Assembly (NCBI RefSeq): GCF_000143415.4
Contig: NW_003314342.1
Location: forward strand, 654,852 to 718,851
Source: Selaginella moellendorffii
Lineage: Eukaryota; Plantae; Lycopodiophyta
Length of the DNA stretch: 64,000 bases
Direction: 5' to 3'
Under the pieces are notes generated by a model. The model saw only the letters and a list, made by a program, of their open reading frames with translations, was not told where the DNA came from and searched no databases. The translations under genes and the position numbers were made by a program. Shown here in pieces: positions 11,425-24,303 of the stretch; within the stretch, counting starts at the first letter, position 1; each line of letters begins with the position of its first letter.

Positions 11425-12070
11425 TGTGCAGATGGAGGTTTTCTTGTTTATTTTGTCTTGTGCAGGCAACCCTAAAATGGAGGTGGTTCTTGATCAAGAC
11501 TGGCCTGGATTTGAATTGGAAGGGTTGTGACACTGCTTGCTACTGCTAAAGACAATCTGATGCCCTTGCTGCTACAAGGGAAGGCTTCCTTGGGCTGGAG
11601 ACTTGCTGATGCTGCCAAGAGGCTTCTCTCAGGAATTGCTGTGCGCAAGGGCCTTGAGGCTGATGGAGAGATCACATTTGAGTGGGGGACATGGAACAAG
11701 ATGCTGGTTCCTGATGGGTCCTGATACAAGCTAGGCTGTGTGCAAGCTTGGGTACCTTGGAACGTGCTGCTACTGTTGTTCAACACCACAAGATGCTAAT
11801 TTCATGAGCTCAGCTTTTCTTGGCTGAGTGGGGGGAGTGAGATAGGTTTCCTAGTGGTTTAGCATTAGTTTCTTTTTTCTGATCCAGCCTTCTCATGTTG
11901 ATCTCGGCTGAGTGGGGGTGTGAGGATGTAGTACATCCGAGATCACCGTACTGCTGAGACACGTGGTGACATGTGGTGGATCTGGAGAGTCACAACTCTC
12001 ACCTCTGTATGTATAGTGATGATGATATCTGAGCGATAGAGTTTTTTCTCTTCTTCCTTAGTTTTCAACA
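11425..12070 (+). mobile_element. Deleted LTR element with PPT and 3' LTR (11918-12070), same family as 6702-6853; possible TSD AGAGG
   Basis: GGCTGAGTGGGGG precedes the LTR, which ends TTTTCAACA. AGAGG sits at 11420-11424 and 12071-12075. Confidence 0.6.
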
Positions 12071-13004
12071 AGAGGAGTTGGGCACTAGAGGAAAATAAGA
12101 GTTGCTAGGTGGAGAGTTGGGCATTATACACAATACCACCAAACTCAAATACATATAATTTTCTGCATTGGACTATGCAATAACGTTTGGTTTGCTTTGA
12201 TATTGTCAATTTTTACATAAATAAAAAATTTATATGATCTACTTTTTTTAATACATTTATATAATTAATTTTAGTTCTCTCAAAGAGTTCAACTAATGTT
12301 TTTTTATCAATTTTATTCTTCCTATAGCAAGCTTAAAGAAAATAGTGAAGAATATAAGGAAGAAGTCCTACACTCTTTGCAAACTTTCCTTTAAGAACAT
12401 TATTACTAGTAAAAAATTTCACTTATTTTGAGTAGTCTGATGTGTTTGTCTTTATAGCATGTCCATAAACAGAAAACAAGGAACTTTTTACTTGCTCCTC
12501 ATAGTAGAGTATCACAGTGATAGAAGAAGTTTGAGCTTCTTCTCCATGCAATGGGCAACAATATAATCAAGTGGCTGTAGTGATTGATACAAAAGTTCTC
12601 CTGGATCTTGCTTGTTAGGCTGGCGTGGCTAAGACACTGATAAAGGTAAGTTCTGCAAGGTTTTGCTGGATTGTCCTTACTGGGCTTACAGTTAGATCAT
12701 GGGTGATCAGGAGCTCACAGTTTTGCACAAGATTTGATCAAACATGTTTCTTGCTTGAGCTAGGATCTTTGATCTGCCATGGGTGGTCATCAATGCATTC
12801 ACAAAAGGTGCTGGAATGAAATCCAACAGCTTAAGCACTTTCAAAAGGCACCCATTCTAGGCATTTGCAGTGATCATTGCATTCCAAGAGACCAAGGTCC
12901 TCTTGCTCAAAACTTCCTGCTATGCTCATGATCACATTTCCAAGATTGAGCTCCATGTTTCTAGAATTCTTCTGTGAATCGTCACTTCTTTCTCATACTG
13001 CACA

Positions 13005-15100
13005 GGTCACAAATCACCCAAGAAATCACCTCATGGAGGCTGCAACACTCAATAGTTCTAGGACAGGCAGACAAGCCCTGTCCCATGGACAGTCACTGCT
13101 CCTTACGTGGGAATGTGCACATTACAGAGGTTCGTTTCTGTTTTCCAGTCTGTCTTTTAACTCCTCAAATGTCTTGATCATTATGAAGAAGGGAACCCAT
13201 TGAGAAAATACAGTGTTGGGCAGACTGTTCGAGCTAAAATCCTTTCAAAACGCAAAACCAGCAGAAAGCACAGAAATGCTGCCACTTTGGATTTATCTCT
13301 ACGTCCATCTGAGCTGCCCTTTGAATTAGCTTACTTATCATGACTTGCAGGAAACGATGCTGCATGCTCAGTGATTACTTTCGAGACCGTAACCATTGAA
13401 CAGTCGGTTATCAGATACGTTCAAGAAGTAAAGGACAACTGGGCATGGCTAGTCCTCTCACCCCATCTTAAAGGCTGCCTTTTTATACTGGACACGTCTG
13501 ACAATCCCTCGGAGCTTGAACGTTTTAAAGAGCGCTTCAAAGTCGGTGACCCGTTCCAGTGCCATATAAGAAGTGTTAACCACGAAAGGAAGCAAGTGGA
13601 TTTGTCTCTACACCCGAAAACAAGGGACGAACAATTCAAGAAAGGCGACCTGTTAGGCCGACGAATCACACGAGTTTTTGCTGGTGTTGGCGGACATACT
13701 GTGCAAGGCAGATGGGAAAGTCTCGGAAAAGTTCATGTAACGATACATGGATTGATGACCCAGCCAGTTTATTTACAGAGGGACAGTTCGTAAGGTGCAG
13801 GGTCTTGGATTTAAAACGACCAGGGAGGGGAAAGATGGGCTTGGAACTTTCAGTAAGTTGGTGGACGTGGTGGTTTTGAGTCCCTTCCGAGCTATCAAAC
13901 ACTACTTCCAAGATTTGCATTAACATTTTTTGACTCTGCATCCAATGCTTCCTAGTCTATGCCGAAACCCGAGTCCGAGATGGAGCCTGAGTTTGACTCT
14001 GCAAGTAAGCAGAAACCTTGCATGCTGTGGACGTGACTTGTTTTTGTGTTGCAGGGTTTTGTCAAGAATGTGACGGAGAAAGGTTGTTTTGTGATCCTGT
14101 CACCTTCACTTGAAGCTAGAATTCAGCTGAAGAACCTATCGAACTCGTTTGTACAAAACCCTGCAGAAATGTTTCCACCAGGCAAGGTGATATCAGGAAG
14201 GTATGAACTTTTCTCCATATGGAAGTGTTTGCTGATATCTTCTTCTTCGTCAGAATTTTAAGCATCGAGCCATTGTCTGGGCACATTGAAATGTCTTTGA
14301 CGGCAACAACATCACAAGATTCAAGTGGCTGGAAGAAGTTTGGTGCTGGAGAGATTGTTAGTGGCCGCATACACAACATTGAAGCATTTGGGATCTTCAT
14401 CAGCCTTCCCGAGAGCCATGTGGTAAGCTCTCTCTCTATCTTGGTTTGAAGTTCTTAGTCTGTGCTCCAGGTTGCTTGTGTCATGTCTCTGAAGTGTCTT
14501 ACAATTTTATTCAAGACTTGTCAACACTTTACAAAGTCGGCCAATGGGTTCAAGTAAAGATTCTAAAGGTGAGAACGAAAGCTTTAGTAAAACCACAGGG
14601 TTATGATTTCCCTCTACAGGTTGATGCGGAAACCAAACGTGTATCTCTTGGAATGAAAGCGTCATATCTGACCCCTGAGGATGGCATCAAGCCGATGGAG
14701 GAAGAAGCTATAAATGAAGAGCCTTCGAGCACAAATGTGCTCATGGATAATGATGAGAGGGAGGAGGAGGACTACTTGGATCTGGCATCAAAACGATTCC
14801 CACAGCTATGCATGTCGATCCACTCTCAACAAAGACGTTGAGGATACAGTGCCAATTGACTTGAAAGAGCAGAGTTACTTCTTGTTTATATTCACTCTTC
14901 TCATGTCCTGCTTCTCAACAGGGAGGCTGCAGCAAAAGAGAAGTTATTACAGAAGGACCAGCCTCCAGAGACCAAGGACGACTTTTTGATTCTAGGTGTT
15001 ACAATCCAAGCTCTTTTTTATAGGGCATTGGAGAAGATAATTTATCGAGAAGAAATGGAAAAGATGAACATATGGATGGCTTATCTCAACCTAGAGAATT
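13005..15100 (+). pseudogene. RRP5: RRP5 (rRNA biogenesis; S1 repeats plus start of the HAT repeats), intron-containing fragment
   Basis: GFVKNVTEKGCFVILSPSLEARIQLKNLS, GRIHNIEAFGIFI, CLCHVSEVS..VGQWVQVKILKVDAETKRVSLGMKASY, REEMEKMNIWMAYLNLEN. The N-terminus and most HAT repeats are missing, with a frameshift near 13.7 kb. Confidence 0.85.
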
Positions 15101-15275
15101 TCTCTTCTAGCATTTGAAGAGCAAATGGCAATTACTTTAGGTGGTTATAATGATCATGGAAACTACTATAGTAAGCATGCTTGTGTTTGGGGATGGAGAT
15201 CAAGGGTATGGTAGAAGACCTCAATGTTTTGAGTGCTTATATTGGGGATATATTACAACAATGTTAGGTGCCAAC

Positions 15276-17736
15276 TTTGACCACATGGTCAAGGTCAGTC
15301 AAAGGGAGGTTCAAGGGTTTATGAAGGCATGTTAGGGTAAGGAACTTAAAAGTGACGGCACAAAGGAGCTTTTGAGGTAGTTTGGGGGTGGTTGGGCAGT
15401 GAGGAATTTCAAGAGGAGGTGTAGTTTAGTCTAGGAAAACTAGATTGTTGATTTTTCGTGCTGGGTTATAACATTGGTATAAAAAGCGTTCGTTGTGATG
15501 GCCGACCAAGTTGAACACTAGAATTCGATGGTGGTGTCGATGATAGTGCTAATGGAGCTATGGAGGTTTGGACCATGGAAGATGTTGTTCACGAGTTGCG
15601 AGCCTTTAATAAAAATCAGCAAAAGATGCAAGATAAAATGCATGGCATGATGGGTACTTTGTGCGAGCGTGTTGAAGCACTCAAGGCTGGTCGTGGTGGC
15701 ACTCTAAATAAGTCTTCCTTGGTGGATTGACTTAAGATTCCAACTTTTTCCAGTGATGGTAGTGTGGATGAGTGTTTAGCTTGGCTAACCAATGTGAAAA
15801 AGTTCTTGGCTGCTAAAGGAACTCCAAATGCGGATTACAACCCCTTATATATCTTTTCACATAAAAGGAGTTGAATACTAAACAAGTTCGTTGGATGGTC
15901 AAACTCATGGAGTTTGGGGAGTTTCCTATTGACCATCGTCTGGGAAAATCAAATGTGGTAGCAGATGCTTTATCTCATGTTCACCATGTGATGGCATTAC
16001 AAACACAATTTTGTCATCATTTAAGTAAAGTGGTTAGCGAGTTTGGGCAATTAATTGAGTGTGCTCAGGCTCATGATGCTGAAGTGGTCTCATTGCAAGC
16101 CCAAATAGAAGCATTTTTCTCATTGGTGGATGGGATTCTTTATTATAATGGCTATGTGTATTTGCCACGAGTGGATGTGTTAATTACTTAGGTTTTATTC
16201 CACTATTATAATTGTCCAGAGGCCGGTCATTTTGGGGGGAAGAAAACATATAAATTGATTAAGCACAATTTCTATTGGAGGAATATAAAAGTTGATATCC
16301 TTGAGTACTGTAAGTTATGTGAGCTTTGTCAGTGGGTAAAGGTGCTACGGGAGAAGTTGGGGGACTTTTGCAACTTTTACCTATTCCTCAGAGCCGTTGG
16401 TGTAATATCTTTATGGACTTCATCATTTGTTTGCCATGAACACAAAGGCAAAAGAAGCAAATATGGGTCATAATGGATCATTTGATGAAGTATGTGTAGT
16501 TGTTGGCTTTTCAGAAGAGTGTCACTGCCTTAAACTTGGTTATGGTCTACTTGGAGAAGGTTTTTCCTGATTTTGGTTTGCCGGAGGACATCGTTAGCAA
16601 TTGAGATTCAAAATTCACTAGTGGATTTTGGAAGAGCTTTGCAAAGGTTATACAAGTGACTCTGAAACTCTCGAGTGGAGATCATCCTCAAACGGATGGG
16701 TAAACTAAGCATGTAAATTAGGTGGTGGAGGATATACTACACTGTAGCATTGGTCAAAAGCAGAGACAGTGGGATTTATATTTTCTGTTGGTGCAATTTG
16801 CCTATAAAAATAGCCAACACAGTGGAACCAAACTAAGTCCTTACTTTGCCATGTTTGGAAGGCATCCTTGAATAACGATGGAGTTGGAATTGCATTTGAG
16901 TAAGGATATTCAAGAAAAACTTGATTCAAAGGCGACTGAAACTTTATAAGATTTTGGTGGTGTGCAAATGGAATTTGCAAGTAGCTCAAGATAGAGTGGA
17001 GAAGTTTGCTAATAAGCATCACTAATTCCGGGAATATAAAATAGGTGATGGGAAGAGTGATAAACTTTCTCATCGGTATGCTGATCCATATGAAGTGCTA
17101 GAGAGCATCGGGAAGGCAACTTATCAGGTGCGGCTGCCAACTATGGTGAAAATTCATTCAGTATTTTATGTTAGCCAGTTGAAAGGTGTACTATCTTGAA
17201 GTGACAGACCCAATGCCTCCTTGATGTATACAGCTGTGGATGGATCAAGAGCTTGAGCAAGGTTCCCCAGAAAAGGCAATCACTGGTACAATTTGTCCTT
17301 GGGACAAAGACTTTGTTGGGGGGAAGAATTGTTTGACCATGTGATCAACTTCAGTCAAAGGGAGGCTCAAAAGGCAACTTAGTTTCAATTATTTATTGCA
17401 CGAGCACTAGAGTGTTAGCCATCCATCCATAAATTCCCAAATCTCTCTCAATCCCCCTCCCTAAGTTAAACTATACTTAAGGTTCAACTACACTCCTCGC
17501 AGGAACAAACAGCCAAGCACACCAAGCCTCTAGGTTCCTAACATCCTTTAATATAACAAGACTTGATCATAAAACCCTCTAAATCCCAAGCAAGTTTTAG
17601 AGTAAAGTAAAGAATTTAACCTAATTTAGAAGCTTTTGAAGTAGCTCGAGGGTGGTTGGGCGGTGAAGAACCTTGAGAGGAGGCATAGTCTAGTCTAGGA
17701 AGATTAGATTGTTACTTTTCTTGCCGTGTCATAACA
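15276..17736 (+). mobile_element. Degenerate, internally deleted Ty3/gypsy element (LTRs ~15276-15473 and 17330-17736)
   Basis: PBS TTGGTAT at 15474; gag fragment; RH end IDHRLGKSNVVADALS; integrase HHCC and core; GPY/F-like PYEVLESIGKATYQVRLP; PPT GGGGGGAAGAA. Confidence 0.82.
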
Positions 17737-18141
17737 CAATTGTTGTTCATGATGTGAGGAATGTCATGAATGGGGACATAACACTGGAACTTGTGCCAAA
17801 TGTCAATAATATGCTAAAAAATATTCTTATGCTCTTTTGACATTTATGGATAATAAGAGTTCTATTTATTATGCTTCCAACAAATAACAAAAGTCCTCCT
17901 ATTCTCTCTCCTCCACTCTCTTTCATAACATGCAATATAGAATTAGTGGAGGATGAGTAGTTTATATTTGTTTTTGCTGGACTCATAAATAGTATAAATG
18001 TGATGATCTTGGTGGACTTTGGCTTAGCAATTTCCTCTATTCAGTGTTTAATTGTTTGAAGTTTCATTATAGCAAGTCTCTTGTACTTGACCTTTATGAC
18101 TTGTGTTTACTAATCATAAGTCATCAGTATAGATATTATGT

Positions 18142-19524
18142 ATGGAAACGCTGGTTGTCTACGCGCGGTGTGGGCATTTGGAGGAATCGAGAAGGATCTT
18201 TGATGCATTGCCGGCCAAGAACATCGCGTCGTGGACGGCGCTCGCGAGCGCGTATGCCGAGAGTGGGCATCCGGGCGAGGCCAAGGCAGCGTTCGATCGA
18301 ATGGCGGTGCGGGACGTAGTTTCCTCCACTGCGATGGTCAAGGCGCTGGGCGATTGCGGGCGGATTGGATCGAGCAAGGCGGTGTTTGATGCGATGCCCG
18401 AGAGGAACTGCAAGACGTGGGCGACGCTGCTGCGGGGATTTGCTCGCGGCGGAGAGATTGGGCGAGCGAGAGAGGTGCTGGATCGGATGCCCGAGACGAA
18501 TGTGGTAGCGTGGACGATCCTCGTGCAGGGTTTCGCGCAGCGCGGGCGAGTGGGCGATGCGAAGGCCGCGTTTGATTCCATGCCCGAGAAGAACAGCATC
18601 ACTCGCGCGGTAATGCTCGTCATGTTTGCAGAGAATGGATTCGTGGAGGAGGCGGAGGATGTCTTCCAGGAGATTGTCCACCGAAACGCGATCCTCTGGG
18701 GGGCGATGCACTGGTGCTATGCCCAAAATGGGGATTTGATTCATGCCAAAAGTTTGTTTGATAGGATGCCTCTGCACAGCATACTTTCGTGGACGATTAT
18801 GATCAAGTCATACGCGCTAAAAGGTGACGCTGATCAAGGAAAACAATTGTTTGAAGCAATGCCACACAGAGATCTTGTTTCATGGAACTCGATAATCGCT
18901 GTTTATGCCCAGAGAGGTCGTTTCAAAGACGCTATACGAGCGTTTTCTTTGTGTTGCTGCTGGGATTCCTATTCATGGAACACAATTCTCGTGGTATACG
19001 CTTTAGATGCAAATATTTGTGAGGCAAAGAAGACGTTTGATAGAATACCAACTTGGAATTTGGTCTCCTGGAACACGATGCTAGCAGCATATGCCCAGAG
19101 TGGCCATGCGTATTCTGCGATCCAGCTTTTTTGGGCGATGTTTCTTCACGGCTTTGATCCCGACAAGGCAGCGTTTGCCATCGTTTTGACGGCGTGTAGC
19201 CATCTGGGGCTTGTCAAGGAAGCAGTAAGCTACTTCACGGCAATGAGCTTTGACAATGGATTGGACCCTTCGCAAGACCATTACACCTGTATTGTTGATG
19301 CTCTAGGACGGCTAGGGCGATTGGAAGAGGCCGAGGATGTCCTGGAGAATATGCCTTTGTCAGCTGATGGAGTTGCATGGGCAACGTTTCTTACCGCGTG
19401 TAAAAACCACGGGGAGATGAGTCGAGGGATGCATGCTGCGGAATTTACGTGCCAGTCCAGCCTTGTGAGTGATGCATTGCCTTATGTGATGCTGGAGAAC
19501 ATCTTCAGAGCAGTTCAGACTTGA
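18142..19524 (+). CDS. PLS-class PPR protein with partial E domain (intronless, probably 5'-truncated)
   Basis: 460-aa ORF of tandem PPR motifs (VFDAMPERNCKTW, LVSWNTMLAAYAQSGH, VLTACSHLGLV, HYTCIVDALGRLGRLEEA). Confidence 0.9.
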   Translation: METLVVYARCGHLEESRRIFDALPAKNIASWTALASAYAESGHPGEAKAAFDRMAVRDVVSSTAMVKALGDCGRIGSSKAVFDAMPERNCKTWATLLRGFARGGEIGRAREVLDRMPETNVVAWTILVQGFAQRGRVGDAKAAFDSMPEKNSITRAVMLVMFAENGFVEEAEDVFQEIVHRNAILWGAMHWCYAQNGDLIHAKSLFDRMPLHSILSWTIMIKSYALKGDADQGKQLFEAMPHRDLVSWNSIIAVYAQRGRFKDAIRAFSLCCCWDSYSWNTILVVYALDANICEAKKTFDRIPTWNLVSWNTMLAAYAQSGHAYSAIQLFWAMFLHGFDPDKAAFAIVLTACSHLGLVKEAVSYFTAMSFDNGLDPSQDHYTCIVDALGRLGRLEEAEDVLENMPLSADGVAWATFLTACKNHGEMSRGMHAAEFTCQSSLVSDALPYVMLENIFRAVQT

Positions 19525-21696
19525 TGTGTTGACCCAAACATCGATCGTTGATATCCAGCCATTCCGTGAGCCGCCCCATCCCCCATGGATGGAGAGCGGG
19601 ACGCACAGAGGATTGAGCATAGGAGAGTCTTCATGAGGAGCATAGTCCTCCGCCTCTCGCGTATGAGTCCGTGGTGTCCCATGCATCTGGAATGTTAAGT
19701 GCAGTGGGTTTGCTATAGTCAGCAATGCAAGATCCAATGCTGCTGTTGTGAATTTCAGCAGCAGCACTGCGCTCCTCCTGCTCCACATCAGTGCCATGCT
19801 AGGCGTGGCAATCCACGCCATGCCGGTGAGAGTGAGCCGTGGAAGTCTCTCATGAGCTCTTGTTGAAAGTGGGAAGCAGTGGTGTGGAAAGCTTGCGTTT
19901 GAGGCGCGGGTGGAGATGGGCTCATTGCAGTAAGGTGATAGCTCGATCCCATTGCCTTCCTTTTGTATCCTATCTCCCTCGTTGCCTCCCGACATGCTTC
20001 ATATGTTCTCCTCTCTGTGTTCCATATGTTATCCTCTCCGCTTGCGAAGCATTGCACAGCATGTTGCTGGAGCTGGGCCTCAGCCCATTCGTTGATGGCT
20101 AGCATTTACGAAGGCTTCATTGGATGTTGATATAAGTTTAAAGACAATTGCCCCACTTTTATGATGGGCTTAATCTATGTTGACTGGATTGTTCTTTGCA
20201 AAGCATGTATGCAAGGCGATTTTACAAGGAAATTTATCAAATCTTCCGCAAAGTCAATGCCATAATCTGTCAAGAACCAAATCCTTGGAGAGCTTAGAAA
20301 TTAATATATGCATAATGAAGGATAGTTAAAGTAATTTGATGATGAGAAGTTTGACATATGTTATCAAACATATTATCTAGCATAGCAATCAGGGATGCTC
20401 AACATCCCAAACAATTCTCCCAATTGGAAATAAGAAATATCACGAGTGCCATTTCCTACTCATCCATTCCCTTCGAAAACTTTCTTTCTATTCTGCAGGG
20501 TGGAGTTTTATATATAATGTTGTTGTATAGGGCAATATTGCTTCTTCAATGGCAACTAGCACTTGTTCAATGTTTCGTGACCAATCTATTCCCTTCTCTT
20601 CCAATATCATGGAATATAAGTATATGAAAATTTTCAAAACTAACATAGTTGTTTTGAATCGTTAGGATCATCCTTTAGTGATTTTAATCTACATTGAGTT
20701 ATAATTTAAATAGATTGCTACTTTGTCCTCTATGACATGCTAGATGGAGAAAAAGTGTTATACAAGCTCATATTTTTAATGCATAAAGTATTCTTTACAA
20801 ATCAAATATTTATTTTAATAGCTTTTTTTCTGCAGGCTATTTGCAAAAGAACACCCACAAGGTGTATGACCTGTTTAGTATTTGCACACATATCAATTTT
20901 GTTATATTTATATTTTTTATTTTTCCACAATACCTATCTTTTATGGCTTCAGTGAAGTTATAGTCATTTACACTTTTGAGTATTTCTTCAATTTAGGCAC
21001 TATATTTTTGGTTTTCTTAAGCAAACTAACATAGGATATACCTGGGTATTCTTGAATATTTTATAATTTAATTGTTGATATTTATTTAGAATAATTTTAT
21101 GTTTATAAATTAAAACATTTTAATAATGGTCATCACGTTGATTGACTGACAGTTTCAGCAAAAAGATGTTCTAATTTATTTTCAAAGCTTTTAAATCTTA
21201 GAACTACTAGTTCAATGTTTGGATACATAAGTTGCATGAATTTTTGTTTTTATCATTTCCCAAGTGTCTTTTATTAACCTCTGTTGTTCTCCACCAAAGC
21301 TTAACATTATCTACTAAGTATGGTTTAGCACATGAGACTTTCTTCAAACTTAATAATAATAATGCTTAAAAATAATCTTCTATATCACCACCACCTTATA
21401 GTCATTCATGTTTGCATGTGTGATTTTGTGGCGAGGAAGCAGGAGCAACAGAAGGTCCTCCAGACAAGTTCTTCTCAAGTAACCAACTGCCACCTCCATG
21501 CAAGGGTACTTTCCACGAGCTCATAGGGTAGAGGGCTAGCTCTTGATTTTTTTGGTTGTTCTCTAGGCTCCAATCTGTTAGGAGTGATGCAAAGAGACTG
21601 TTATTGATCAGGCCAGGGATTTCCAACCCAAAGCTATGTTTCTCATACCTGAAAAGTGTATCCATGAAATATACATATCCTCTTGTAGTTTCTCTT

Positions 21697-23405
21697 CTAA
21701 ATAGAAGACAAGTGCCTGAGGTTGTACATATCGAAGTACAAACCAAAGAAGCAGATCAATGGATCTCCCCGTGACGTGTCAATCAGCAGTCGAACGAGGC
21801 GAGCAGCGCATACTTGATCCTCTTCCAGTCGATCCACTTTCCTGTAACCAATGGTGCTACCGTTGCTCACCAGGTACCAGCCCAGCTCGCTGTCCCATGC
21901 CTCGACGTGATATTCCATGACCCTTTGTCCCATGTTTACTGGCTCTCGGATCTCCAGTGCGTTGAACTTTGAGACCTTGCCAAGATCAAGCTCGATCCAG
22001 CCGGTCGACTCCCCTTGCATTGGAGCCCAGAAAGTCTCCATACGCTCGTCAAGGATTTGCTTCGGCCCGAACGAAGAGCTGCGAACGCTGCTTGCTGTCA
22101 CGGACAAGGGATTCGCTGCTAAGTTGACGCTGAAGATGGAATCTATGGCGGAGCTAAACCGCTCCAGCGTCTGGAAGTCGGATTCGTCGATCAGTCCCGA
22201 CGAGTTTGGAGGGACGTTGAGCAGGAGCAAGCAGTTCCTGGCGGATGATTTGTAGAAAACGTCGAGCAGCTGCTCCAGGGATTTTGGAGCCTCGTTCCTG
22301 TGCCAAAACCAACCGGGCCTGATGGAGATATCGCACTCCGGAGGGAGCCAGTCGGTTCCAGCACTCTCTCCAGACATCAAGTACCTGTTGATGTTGCGAA
22401 TTGGATCGAGTTTCACGAGAACGAAAGTTTCATGCAAGGATGGATTTTACGTACTGGCCATCGCTCCTGCCGATCGTAATGGAAGATCTGTTCGCCATCG
22501 CCCAGCATGGTTGTCCGGCCTCGCCATACTCGTTCCCAACCCATCGGATGTCGGGGCCAGCGTCGGAAAAGATGTTGGCACCGGGTTGCAGCTGATGAAT
22601 CGTGTCAAACCAGAGCTCAAAATCGTAGCTCATGTTCACTGCAGTGGGTGATTTCGCACCATCCAGCCACACCTCGGAGATCGGCCCATATCTGCACGCC
22701 AAAACAAAATGCCGCGTCAAGGCATCTGCTGCTAGAGATGAAAACTACAAAAGCCCACAAGCTCGCGAGCTCCTAATGCTAAAACCGTTTGATGGGCTGG
22801 AGCAAATGCAAACATATCACACAGTGACCATGCCACCAAGAAAATGCGTGAAGAAGAAGCAAAGAATGTCTCACTCACCCAGTAAGAAGCTCTCGGAGCT
22901 GAGCCAAGTAGAACTCGTTGTAGAGAAGAGTGTCGCCATAGCAGCTCTCGTGCAAATCCCATGGCGAGAGGTAAAAGCCCACGTCCAATCCACGCTCCCT
23001 GGCGGCGGCCACGAACTCGGCCACCACATCCCCCTTCCCTCCTCGCCAAGAGCTGCTAGCCACGGAGAAATTGGTGTAGGCCGAGGGCCACAGGCAGAAC
23101 CCGTCGTGGTGCTTGACCGTGAGGATCACGAGCTGCGCGCCCGCGGATTGGGCCGCGTCCATCCACTGCGACGCATTCAATCGCTCCGGGTTGAAGATGG
23201 AGGGCGATTCGTGGCCGGATCCACGCTCCGAGTCCGTGAATGTGTTGACGCCGAAGTGGAAGAACATCGAGAGGCGGCGCGAGTGGAACTGGAGCTGGCG
23301 CCATGAGGGAATTGGGCGGAGAGGGAGCGGTGGGGGCGAATTTAGGGCGACAGCTCTCAAGAACACTAGTATCTCGAGGAGCAAGAAAGAGAGATGGAAA
23401 TTCAT
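21697..23405 (-). CDS. FUC1: Alpha-L-fucosidase, GH29 (FUC1-like), secreted; exons 23405-22879, 22691-22455, 22384-21697
   Basis: Signal peptide, then MFFHFGVNTF, ILTVKHHDGFCLWPS, YLSPWD, EVWLDGA, RWVGNE, WLPPECDISIRPGWFW, LLLNVPP and a C-terminal discoidin-like domain. The GT-AG introns keep the frame. Confidence 0.95.
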
Positions 23406-23673
23406 TGCTATAGAGAATGGAGGAGAGAGCCAATCTTATAAGCCCAGTGGAGTAGAGGAATTCTCACCAGAGAGTAAAATCTTTGCTTCTTCCAGGGTGT
23501 CCTTGTTCTTGCAAGGCAAGATGGATTATCTTCTTCTTCTTAGCCGTGATCTCCAAGCTAGATTGGAATGTTCTTTCTCCGTCCAGGATTCTCAAGAGCT
23601 GTGGAGGTCGCGCCCGGATTTTCGCAAGGAATACCTCGCGACTCGCGAATGCGTGTGAGATCCAGCAAAGTTT

Positions 23674-24303
23674 ATGGCATTGCTCTTCCCCAATTTCGTG
23701 ATTTCCACAGACACCTCAGAGGATTGCTTGCTCTCCTGGGGAGCACTGCTCAAGAACTGCCGGGATCTGTCACAGGGGAGGCAAATCCACGCCCGCATTG
23801 CGCAGAGCGAGCACCGCCGCAACAAATACCTCGCGAATCTGCTCGTCCAGATGTATGGCAAATGCGGCAGCGTCGATGACGCCCGTGCAATCTTGGAATC
23901 CATAGAGAATCCTAAGCTCTTCTCCTCCAACATCATGATCCAGGCCTACGCACAGGCGAAAGATCTAAATCGAGCGCGCAGAACGTTCGATGGGATGCTC
24001 CGGCGAGATGCCTCGACGTGGAACTCGATCGTCACGGCATATGCCGAAAACGGGCATCTTGATAAAGCGCGAGAGATTTTTGAATTGGCTCCAGAGAAGA
24101 ACGAAATCTCTTGGAATGTGATGATCACGCTTTGCATCCGCAGTGGAAAGATAGCTTCTGCCAAGGATTTGTTTGATCGGATGCCCGTGAAGACGATCGT
24201 TGCGCAGACTGCCCTCCTCACAGCATTGGCCAGGAAAGGGCATTTGGAAGAAGCCGAGGCTTTGTTTGAGAACATAAAGGAGGAGCGCGATGTAGAGTCA
24301 TGG
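23674..24303 (+). CDS. N-terminal part of a PLS-class PPR gene, fused in frame to SEC16
   Basis: LSQGRQIHARIAQS..LANLLVQMYGKCGSVDDAR and following PPR motifs, ending abruptly at ERDVESW. Confidence 0.85.

Noticed and set aside
19540-20105. GC-richer stretch with 87-211 aa ORFs
   Set aside because: No recognisable motif; the longest ORF partly overlaps the PPR gene in antisense.
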